Assembly (NCBI GenBank): GCA_049970895.1
Contig: JBMFMB010000001.1
Location: 1 to 64,000 of the forward strand
Length of the DNA stretch: 64,000 nucleotides
From: Candidatus Bathyarchaeia archaeon
GTDB taxonomy: Archaea; Thermoproteota; Bathyarchaeia; Bathyarchaeales; Bathycorpusculaceae
Direction of reading: 5' to 3'
Below, one piece after another: positions 20,858 through 28,305 of this stretch (its first letter is position 1; each line of letters opens with the position of its first letter). The position numbers and the translations under genes were made by a program. Under the pieces are notes generated by a model. The model saw nothing but the letters and a program-made list of their open reading frames with translations, made no database searches and was not told the origin of the DNA.

Positions 20858-21319
20858 CTAGACCCTTCTTCCTCTTCTTCCACCCGGTCTTCTTGTGCCG
20901 TCATGCGGTATGGGTGTAACTTCCTCTATTCTGCCTATGCGGAATCCGGCTCTGGCTAGGGCTCTTATGGCGGCTTGGGCTCCTGGTCCTGGTGTTCTTG
21001 GACCTGGTCCACCCGGTGCTCTAACTTTTATGTGGATGGCTGTTATTCCCTTGTCTTTGGCTATTTCTGCCGCTGCAGCTGCTGCTCTCATGGCTGCGTA
21101 TGGTGAAGACTCTAGCCTGTCGGCTTTTACAAACATTCCGCCTGAAGTGCGTGCAATAGTTTCTGCTCCTGAAAGGTCTGTTATGTGGACTATTGTGTTG
21201 TTGTAGGAGCTGTATATGTGAACTACGCCCCATTTCTCAGTCTTTTTTGCCGTGGTCGTGGCTGTTCCGCTTGTGCCGCTAGCTCCGCTGCCGCCGCCAC
21301 TGCCACTGCCAGTACTCAT
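20858..21319 (-). CDS. rps11: 30S ribosomal protein S11 with Gly/Ser/Thr N-terminal extension
   Basis: [40 protein letters not shown]; ATG 21319. Confidence 0.97.
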   Translation of the reverse strand: MSTGSGSGGGSGASGTSGTATTTAKKTEKWGVVHIYSSYNNTIVHITDLSGAETIARTSGGMFVKADRLESSPYAAMRAAAAAAEIAKDKGITAIHIKVRAPGGPGPRTPGPGAQAAIRALARAGFRIGRIEEVTPIPHDGTRRPGGRRGRRV

Positions 21320-21320
21320 T

Positions 21321-21893
21321 TTATTCTTCACCCCTCTCCCTTTCAGTCTTCTTTCCAGCCTGCGTTGTAGCAGCAACAGCTATCATTTGGCGGATTGGGT
21401 GGCTTGGGTTTGCGAGGGGACTATCTGGCGCGTAGGCGATTTTATCCTCTTCTTCCCTTGTGACAAGGTAGCTTGGCACTGTTACGCGTTGGTCGCCTAT
21501 GATTATGTGTCCATGAGTTATGAGTTGCCTAGCCTGATAAATTGATTTGGCTAGTCCTTTTCTGAAGACTATTGTTTGGAGACGCCTTTCAAGGATATCC
21601 TCAACTGTTAGGTCTAAGACGTCGTCTAAAACGGCTGTTTCATGGATTATTCCAAGCTTTTTTAAGCGTGTTAGGAGTTCCTCCTCCATTTTCCTCCTTT
21701 CCTCTGGCGCCTTTCCGATGAGGCTGCGGGCTATGCCCCTAAATTTTGAGAGCATTGTCTTGTGGCGCCATAATTCGCGTTTATTCCGTAAGCCATACTG
21801 TCCCAAAAGTTTGAGTTCTTCTTGTAGAACGTCTGTTCTCCATGGAAAACGCGGGGTCTCATATTTCTTTTTCTGCTTTTTAGGGTCTCCCAT
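21321..21893 (-). CDS. rps4: 30S ribosomal protein S4
   Basis: [33 protein letters not shown]. Confidence 0.97.
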   Translation of the reverse strand: MGDPKKQKKKYETPRFPWRTDVLQEELKLLGQYGLRNKRELWRHKTMLSKFRGIARSLIGKAPEERRKMEEELLTRLKKLGIIHETAVLDDVLDLTVEDILERRLQTIVFRKGLAKSIYQARQLITHGHIIIGDQRVTVPSYLVTREEEDKIAYAPDSPLANPSHPIRQMIAVAATTQAGKKTERERGEE

Positions 21894-21895
21894 GG

Positions 21896-22384
21896 TTACT
21901 TGCCACCGCCGCCTCCGGCTTTCGCGGCAGCCTTCTTTTTAACCCCAACAGCTTTGCCAGTCCTCCCCGTCGTCCGCGTTCTTTGTCCTCTAACCTTTAA
22001 TCCATAAGCGTGTCTATACCCACGCCAAGACTTCAACTCCTTCATTCTTTCAATATCCATTTTCGTTCTTAGGATGAGGTCGGCATTTATTAGGTGCATG
22101 TCTTTCCCAGTTTCCAAATCCTTCCGCCTGTTCAAAAGCCAGCTTGGCAGTCCATATTTTGTTGGCTCTTTGATTATTTCCTCTACTTTTTCCACTTCGG
22201 CTTCTGTTAGGAATCCAGCCCTCATGTTTGGGTCTATTCCAGCCTTTTTTAGTATGGCGTTGGCTAGGTTTAGGCTTATGCCCTTAATCTTTCTTAGGGC
22301 GTATGGCACCTTCAGAGTGCCATCTATGTCTGTGTCTGTTATTCTTAGTATGTGGCGGAATTCTCTGGCTGTTTGGCTTGCCAT
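21896..22384 (-). CDS. rps13: 30S ribosomal protein S13
   Basis: FRHILRI..TDIDG, WLLNRRKD, GLKVRGQRTRTTGR; start taken at ATG 22384. Confidence 0.96.
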   Translation of the reverse strand: MASQTAREFRHILRITDTDIDGTLKVPYALRKIKGISLNLANAILKKAGIDPNMRAGFLTEAEVEKVEEIIKEPTKYGLPSWLLNRRKDLETGKDMHLINADLILRTKMDIERMKELKSWRGYRHAYGLKVRGQRTRTTGRTGKAVGVKKKAAAKAGGGGGK

Positions 22385-22514
22385 TTGATGCATCCATTCC
22401 CTTGTTTGCAAACTAGAAGTAAGTCATATTTTATTTAAACTTTCCTAGTCCAGTCCTGACAGAAAAACGCTTAACAAGGCGTTTGGAAAGCATTTTAAAC
22501 CCGGGGCTTGAGAA

Positions 22515-22856
22515 GTGAGCGGCACAGTGTTGGAAGATGCTGTTTCGGAAGCCTTCCGCAAGAGGGGCTTTATAGTTTTTACGAGGCAGAATCATTGTGA
22601 CGTTTTGGCTGTCAAGCCCGATATGAGTTTGGCTTACTTGGTGGAATGTAAGGATTATGCTTTATCCCGAAAACAGCAGGTTTTAGCCGTTAGAGAGCTT
22701 AACCGCAACTATACGCATGCCCTTGAGCTACTTATTAGGCAACGTTTATTTCCAGAAAAAATAGTGAAGGTTCTTGTTGCTAGGAGTTTTGCTTATCAAG
22801 CGAAGGGTATATTGCAGTACACACCTGAAAAGTTTATAGCACATATTTCCACTTAA
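22515..22856 (+). CDS. Small PD-(D/E)xK restriction-endonuclease-fold protein
   Basis: LED.V.EAF..RGF, CDVLA, LVECK motif. Confidence 0.7.
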   Translation: MSGTVLEDAVSEAFRKRGFIVFTRQNHCDVLAVKPDMSLAYLVECKDYALSRKQQVLAVRELNRNYTHALELLIRQRLFPEKIVKVLVARSFAYQAKGILQYTPEKFIAHIST

Positions 22857-22897
22857 CAAGGGGCTTCAACAAACATAAAAGTATCATGCTTTCTCAA

Positions 22898-23671
22898 TTA
22901 TTTTTGACAATTTTCGCAAACAAAGGTTTTTCTGTTGATTGGTTTTTGCATATAGAATTTAATTGGGTGTCCACAAACTCTGCAAAATCCGCTGAATCTG
23001 TTGTAGACGTAGAGGAGATCTCTGATGCTTCTTCCTTGCATTTTTAAGTCTAGGAATTCTTTGCTTAATTGCTCTGTGAAGTTAATAATCTTTTCAATCT
23101 CTTCTTGAGTTAGGTCTGCAACTTTCCTTTCTGGATTTACTTTTGCTCTGAAGAGAATTTCGTTCCTTAAAATGTTGCCCACGCCGGCTATGACTGACTG
23201 GTCTAATAAAGCAGCGCCAATTTTCTGGTCTGGAAATTTTGTTATGTTCTTTATTGCCTTTGTTTTGTCCCATTCACTGCTTAGGGGGTCTGGTCCAAGC
23301 TCTTTCTTTAATCTTTCAAGGATTTTGTCTTTATTGTCTATTTCAACGATGGGTGCGTTGTAAACAACAAGTTTCTGAAGGTCTCCTGTGATCATAAGCC
23401 TTACTCGTTCTTCTGGCTTAAGTAGTGGTTCGCTGATTTTATGGATGTGTATGGCTCCAAACATCATCAGATGAAGCCTTATGGCTATTTTATCAAAGAA
23501 TAGGAGGATGTTCTTGCCCAGCGAATCCGCCTTAAGGAATCTTTTCCCGACCAGTTTTTCGATAGGGATGAAAACCTTTTTGGATCTTGCATAGATTTTC
23601 CTAACAGTTTCTTCTCGAAATCTGTTAGTGATTCTAATCGCATAAGCTTTGGCTGAAGGACCCTCAACCAC
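22898..23671 (-). CDS. Fpg/Nei-family DNA glycosylase/AP lyase with NEIL3-like N-terminal Val
   Basis: GTG start gives MVEGP; LGKNILL, HLMMFG, LGPDPL, LLDQSVIAGVGNILRNEILF (H2TH), C-terminal CxxC...CxxC zinc finger. Confidence 0.92.
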   Translation of the reverse strand: MVEGPSAKAYAIRITNRFREETVRKIYARSKKVFIPIEKLVGKRFLKADSLGKNILLFFDKIAIRLHLMMFGAIHIHKISEPLLKPEERVRLMITGDLQKLVVYNAPIVEIDNKDKILERLKKELGPDPLSSEWDKTKAIKNITKFPDQKIGAALLDQSVIAGVGNILRNEILFRAKVNPERKVADLTQEEIEKIINFTEQLSKEFLDLKMQGRSIRDLLYVYNRFSGFCRVCGHPIKFYMQKPINRKTFVCENCQK

Positions 23672-23859
23672 ATGCAAAAGGATGCCTTTTCAAAATTTTA
23701 AGCGTATGGTTTTGTTGCCATGAAGTTTGACATTCTGGAATTGAAATGATGCGGAAAGATTAACTTGTACCGCTTTATAATAAGTCATAAATCGTAATAT
23801 AGGTTAAATCTTTTAAGCAGAACACCCTATAACAGAGAGCTGTGGAAGGTTGAGTCTGG

Positions 23860-24195
23860 ATGGTTGGGAGTGGGGAAGAGGAGAAGATTAGGCGTATATT
23901 GACGGATCCTAGGCTTTCGGCTATTAAGGCTATGTTGGAGAAGGACCATGCTATTGACTGCATTTTCCTCTTGTATATGGGGCGTGGTAAGTGGAAGGAA
24001 GCCAAAGAGTTTATGAGGGCTAATGGTTTGACGCTTAGTGATGGCACTTTTAGGGCTAGGATGATTGAGATCGAAGAGCTTGGCTTAGCCAAAAGCGAGC
24101 GCATCGACCCATTGAAGAAAAAGTATGAGAAGACGGAGTTTGGCGATAAGGTGGCGAGGCTTCTCCTGGAGTTCTTTGAAAAGCTTGAGAAGTAA
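23860..24195 (+). CDS. Winged-helix protein, hypothetical transcription regulator
   Basis: LSDGTFRARMIEIEELGLA...YEKTEFG pattern typical of wHTH. Confidence 0.6.
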   Translation: MVGSGEEEKIRRILTDPRLSAIKAMLEKDHAIDCIFLLYMGRGKWKEAKEFMRANGLTLSDGTFRARMIEIEELGLAKSERIDPLKKKYEKTEFGDKVARLLLEFFEKLEK

Positions 24196-24217
24196 GGCTT
24201 CTCTTCGGCTTTGCTGT

Positions 24218-24637
24218 TCAGTAGGTTTCGATTTGGAGGTTTAGTATTCTAGAGAAGTGTTCTGTGTTGCGTGTTACTAATGTTAGTTTGTAATGGGTTG
24301 CTGTGGCTGCTATAATGGTGTCTGAGAAGCTTATGGCTTGTCCGTTTCTGGCTAACTTGGCGTCTATTTCTGCTGCTGTTTTTGCAACTTCGTATGTGTA
24401 TGGTAAGATTTCGAATCTTATAAGCTCTGCTTCGGCTTTTTCAAGTTTGTTTTTAAGCAGTTTTTCGTCATGGCTGAAGAGGTAGTAGATTCCCCTTAGG
24501 TATTCGTGGACTGTTATTATGGATATGGCTTTGAACACTCCTTGCTCGTCTATTTCTTCTGCCTTTTTTACTGCGCCTTTATCGCCCCTTACAAGGTCTA
24601 TTAGGAATGTTGTGTCAAATATTTTCAATGGTGACAC
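24218..24637 (-). CDS. vapC: VapC PIN-domain toxin
   Basis: IFDTTFLIDL, TVHEY, SFSDTIIAATA, LVTRNTEHF. Confidence 0.93.
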   Translation of the reverse strand: MSPLKIFDTTFLIDLVRGDKGAVKKAEEIDEQGVFKAISIITVHEYLRGIYYLFSHDEKLLKNKLEKAEAELIRFEILPYTYEVAKTAAEIDAKLARNGQAISFSDTIIAATATHYKLTLVTRNTEHFSRILNLQIETY

Positions 24638-24641
24638 CGTG

Positions 24642-24872
24642 CTATTCTAGTAGTTTTCTTCTTTTTTCTTCATCGGCTTTTCTCTGGGGTTCGAAGGCTT
24701 TTAGAACTTTTTCCCAGTCTTCTTCGCTTATGGTTTTTGAACATGCTATGTCGCTTATTCTCATTCCCTTTTTAATTGATCTGCGTATGACATCGCTGAA
24801 GCTTTCGTTTGGGAGTTTTGCTTTTAGGAGCAGTTCATACACATCGTCTGACACAGCTATTGTTTTTGCCAC
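24642..24872 (-). CDS. vapB: VapB-family antitoxin
   Basis: MAKTIAVSDDVYELL...ESFSDVIRR; directly upstream of vapC. Confidence 0.88.
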   Translation of the reverse strand: MAKTIAVSDDVYELLLKAKLPNESFSDVIRRSIKKGMRISDIACSKTISEEDWEKVLKAFEPQRKADEEKRRKLLE

Positions 24873-24980
24873 TCTAATTTCACCTCATATTCATATGCAT
24901 ACAAATAATATAAGAATTTTGCTATTTTGCAACGGCTTAATTATTTAATTTTGCGACGAGGATGAACTGCAAAATTGAAA

Positions 24981-25190
24981 GCCCTCACCTAGTTTTTGTG
25001 GAAAATGGCTTTTGACGAGTTTTTATTTTTCTCTATCCCCTTCTTCTCTAGCCATTTTTGCGCTCACAAAACAGCCGCAAAACATTAACCTTCTATAGAT
25101 TTTGGACACCCTCCTTTCTAGTTTCATGTGTTTCGGTTGTGTTTTTAGCCAATAGTGTCTAGTTCTCTCTAGGTTTTTGTGGTTTGGTTT
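24981..25190 (+). repeat. Cluster of degenerate CCC(T)CYYTCTAG(N)TTTTTG repeats
   Basis: About 5 imperfect copies (near 24981, 25037, 25087, 25108, 25163); similar units at 47696-47825. Confidence 0.55.
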
Positions 25191-25299
25191 TGTTGTTTTG
25201 TCTTACAAATGGATAATATGGTGTATTAAGTCGTAAGATTTAAATTCTAAGTCTTCCCCTAACATACACGATAACAAAAAGGGAGGGATTAGAAAGAAA

Positions 25300-25776
25300 A
25301 TGAAAATACTAAAGAACAAGAAAGCCCTAAGCCCCGTAGTAGCATCCATCATACTCATAGCCGTAACAGTCGCCGTCAGCCTCGCAGTAGCCATATGGAT
25401 GGGAGCACTTACAACAGGATTCATGGCAACAGAACAACTAAGCTTTATCGACTGCCAATACGCCAACAATCTCAGCCACGTTAATATAACGCTCAAAAAC
25501 ACGGGATCCGGCTCATTAACAATAAGCAAAATCCTGATAAACGGATACTTAAATAGCTCAGGCCTAGGATGGACTGTTGTAGTTGGCGCTGATGCAACAC
25601 TTACACCAAATGAAGTGGTTGTCATAAAGGTATTGGCATCCGGATATCCAAAGGCAGCAGGAATTGTCGAAACCAACGGAAATAAAACATTTGATAGAGG
25701 CGCAAACTATGCATTTACAGTGATAACGTCTAAAAACAACCAGTTCGGACCATACACAAAGGCTGCTTCGCCATAA
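25300..25776 (+). CDS. Archaeal type IV pilin (class III signal peptide)
   Basis: MKILKNKKA/LSPVVASIILIAVTVAVSLAV prepilin N-terminus; LKNTGS..LTI..I.ING. Confidence 0.9.
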   Translation: MKILKNKKALSPVVASIILIAVTVAVSLAVAIWMGALTTGFMATEQLSFIDCQYANNLSHVNITLKNTGSGSLTISKILINGYLNSSGLGWTVVVGADATLTPNEVVVIKVLASGYPKAAGIVETNGNKTFDRGANYAFTVITSKNNQFGPYTKAASP

Positions 25777-25871
25777 AATTTCCTTTGCCTTGTTGGGATT
25801 GGGGGTAGGGTGTTAGCCAATCCGAAAATTTCCCCTTCTCTATTGTTCCCGTGTTGGAGGTGTAAAATCGT

Positions 25872-26297
25872 ATGGTAGTGGAATTGAAGGAGTATGCTTC
25901 GGCTGAAGACATAGCCGAAACCTTGGAAAAGCAGATCGCCGAAACTAAGAGCACTTTGGGCGAGTACCTACGCCGCTTAGATGAGATTAGGGCTTTGGCT
26001 GAAAAGTCTAAGAAAATCCGCGAAGTGGTTATGAAGTTGGCTGGGAAGAAGGCGGCTGCCGAAAGCCTAGGCGAAATAACAGTTGGAAGCCTAAGCATAG
26101 TGCTGGATGCAAACCCCTTCCATGAACTGACAGCCATTGAGCAGGTGGTTCGCAGCTATCAGGAGAGGCTTTTGGTTTTGCAGAAAGCCAGAGAAGCCCT
26201 AAAATGGCTTGACCAGCTTGGCGACACTGAAGGCTTAAAATACATTGTTGTTGAAAACGACGGCGTTCCAGAGCGCATCCTATTCAAGATAACATAG
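25872..26297 (+). CDS. Hypothetical coiled-coil protein
   Basis: GGAGGTG SD; two helical coiled segments flanking a short beta insert. Confidence 0.75.
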   Translation: MVVELKEYASAEDIAETLEKQIAETKSTLGEYLRRLDEIRALAEKSKKIREVVMKLAGKKAAAESLGEITVGSLSIVLDANPFHELTAIEQVVRSYQERLLVLQKAREALKWLDQLGDTEGLKYIVVENDGVPERILFKIT

Positions 26298-26327
26298 CCT
26301 ATTCCCTCCTCTTTCAAGTGGTGGAAA

Positions 26328-27176
26328 ATGGTGGAAGAAGACGTATACGCAATTGCACTACAAAATGCCCTAAACGAGATGCGGAACACTTGCCCAGACA
26401 TACAGCACGCCTTCATCTTCAAAGAAACAGGCGAAATAATCGCTGGAGACGCTGAAACTCCACAAAAGGTCATGGTTCGAGTTTTGGACGCCTTCAATGG
26501 CATCTTTAACAGGGCTAAAGCCATAGGAGGAATTGAGGCTATAACCCTAAAATGTGGCGGCGGCACTGTGGCACTCCACAGTTTCGGCGAGCATAACCTT
26601 GTCATGGTTACATCCGCAACTGCAGACTTAAACTACATAAAAACTTTAACCCGCATCCTAATCCCAACAGTTCTTAGGTTGCTGGAGAAAATCAGCCCTA
26701 CCCCCCTCAAAAACATACTAGTCCAGCAAACACCGCCAACCCCCACACCAACACCAACATTTAGCGAACCTGAAACCATGACAGTTGGCGAAGTTCTAGA
26801 GGGGGAGGTTGCCGAAGAGCCAAAGGAGCCAATTATAGAAAAGCCGAGGGAAGAGGAAATTAAGGCTGAAGTGCCATCCCTCGAAGTGCCAGCAACCCAA
26901 CTAATAGTGGAAAATATTGGAGGCTTACTGGTGCCATCAGACACCGTCCGCATAGACAACGAAACCCTAACCCAATGGGAAGAAATGTTTGAAGGCAAGA
27001 AAGTGGAATACGTTGAAATAGAAACCTTCGACGGAAAAACAACAAAATGCAAGGTCAAACCGATAAAGGACTCAAAATACCTTGGCAAGGGAGTTGTGCA
27101 AATCCCAGAAAAAATGCAGCTAACCCTAGAAATAAAGAAGGGCGAACTTGTCAGGGTTAGACCCATAATAGAGTAA
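26328..27176 (+). CDS. Roadblock/LC7-like N-domain + Pro/Glu linker + double-psi beta-barrel-like C-domain
   Basis: ALNEMRNTCPDIQHAFIFKETGEII (helix-beta-beta); PTPTPTP linker; DTVRID...GVVQIPEKMQLTLEIKKGELVRVRP resembles Cdc48-N barrel repeats. Confidence 0.6.
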   Translation: MVEEDVYAIALQNALNEMRNTCPDIQHAFIFKETGEIIAGDAETPQKVMVRVLDAFNGIFNRAKAIGGIEAITLKCGGGTVALHSFGEHNLVMVTSATADLNYIKTLTRILIPTVLRLLEKISPTPLKNILVQQTPPTPTPTPTFSEPETMTVGEVLEGEVAEEPKEPIIEKPREEEIKAEVPSLEVPATQLIVENIGGLLVPSDTVRIDNETLTQWEEMFEGKKVEYVEIETFDGKTTKCKVKPIKDSKYLGKGVVQIPEKMQLTLEIKKGELVRVRPIIE

Positions 27177-27191
27177 AATGGAGGAAAAACC

Positions 27192-27611
27192 ATGACAAAG
27201 AAGAAGAAAGCTTTGGAAGAGACAGCAACCGCCGAGGCGCTAACCCATCCAATAGCCATAGAAACAGCCACACCAGAAGACCTAAAAACCCTCCTAGAAG
27301 AGATTAGGGGCTACGACGGCGTTATAGGTTATATAATGCGAAACGCCACATCAGCCACAATAGACCTAAAAGACCCAACAAAACTAATAGAATACGCCAT
27401 CCTCTCCTCATCAGCCCTAGACGCCGCAGAAGAACTATCAGAACTTTTCAACCTGGGAAACTTCGAAAACATCCTCGTAGAAGGAAAAGACATTAAAATC
27501 CTCTCATTAAAAATAGGCGAAAACAGAGTAAGCATTTTTCTCGATAAAAAAGCCGACATAGAAAAACCCCTCAAAAACTCCACACGTTTTAAAGGGGCTT
27601 TTAGGGCTTAA
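27192..27611 (+). CDS. Roadblock/LC7 (MglB-like) domain protein
   Basis: LEEIRGYDGVIGYIMRN, AEELSELFNLGNFENILVEGKDIKIL...VSIF. Confidence 0.75.
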   Translation: MTKKKKALEETATAEALTHPIAIETATPEDLKTLLEEIRGYDGVIGYIMRNATSATIDLKDPTKLIEYAILSSSALDAAEELSELFNLGNFENILVEGKDIKILSLKIGENRVSIFLDKKADIEKPLKNSTRFKGAFRA

Positions 27612-27720
27612 TCCCTCATTTTCAAATTTAACTTCCCTTTTTCAGAACCCTTAAATTTCTCTACACAACTATTTCTATTGGGAGAAAGGCTCTTTTAAGC
27701 CTCCAAAAGGAGGCAAATTA

Positions 27721-28011
27721 TTGAACCCAAAGCCAACAAGCGGTAAGAGACACAGCGGTAAACATCGAGGAAGCCTAGACATAATTGCAGACATTCTAGA
27801 GGCTTCAAAGGTGAAAGCGAGAAAAACATATCTCATGTACCGCTGCAACCTAAGCTTCAAACAACTGGAAAACTACTTGAACCTTCTCCTAAAAAGGGGA
27901 CTCATAAGCACTGTTGAAGACAACGATAACAATGCAAGCCTGTTCAAGATTACGGAGAAAGGCGAATACTTCCTAGAAACCTATAGGGGCTTACAGGGAC
28001 TTATGAAGTAA
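27721..28011 (+). CDS. Winged-helix transcription regulator (HTH_45/DUF4364-like)
   Basis: R.SLDIIADILE, KTYLMYRCNLSFKQLENYL..L...GLI, FKITEKG. Confidence 0.85.
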   Translation: MNPKPTSGKRHSGKHRGSLDIIADILEASKVKARKTYLMYRCNLSFKQLENYLNLLLKRGLISTVEDNDNNASLFKITEKGEYFLETYRGLQGLMK

Positions 28012-28233
28012 AGTTTTTAGGAAGATTTCGCTAAGCCTCACCCTTTCGCCACCTTCATCCACAACTAAAAATTCATATTTGATTAGAAATTCTAATGCTT
28101 TCTTAAAGGCTCGGCGGCTAAGTCCCGTTTTCTGCCTTATCTCCTCTGCTAAGTGCCATTCACCATCCTCCAGCAGCTCAAGAATTTTTGCAATAGACGT
28201 TTTCGTTGAATGTGTCCCCCACCGTACTTGCAA
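27991..28233 (-). CDS. Small winged-helix protein
   Basis: KILELLEDGEWHLAEEIRQKTGLS...LEFL.KYEFL. Confidence 0.65.
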   Translation of the reverse strand: MQVRWGTHSTKTSIAKILELLEDGEWHLAEEIRQKTGLSRRAFKKALEFLIKYEFLVVDEGGERVRLSEIFLKTLLHKSL

Positions 28234-28305
28234 TTTTGCCAGACTTTGTTTAAATGCCTTCTGAAGTTTTCTTTTAGAAATATTTTCCAGAACAAAAACC
28301 CGGAG

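Noticed and set aside
24981-25190. Possible CRISPR array
   Set aside because: Units are highly degenerate and irregularly spaced, with no cas genes; kept only as a degenerate repeat
25796-25823. GGATTGG/CCAATCC 7-bp hairpin after the pilin gene
   Set aside because: Short single stem with no further support
27560-27611. Odd C-terminus of the Roadblock protein; one extra A would give LKKLHTF*
   Set aside because: Possible homopolymer indel but cannot be decided from sequence alone, and the domain is unaffected
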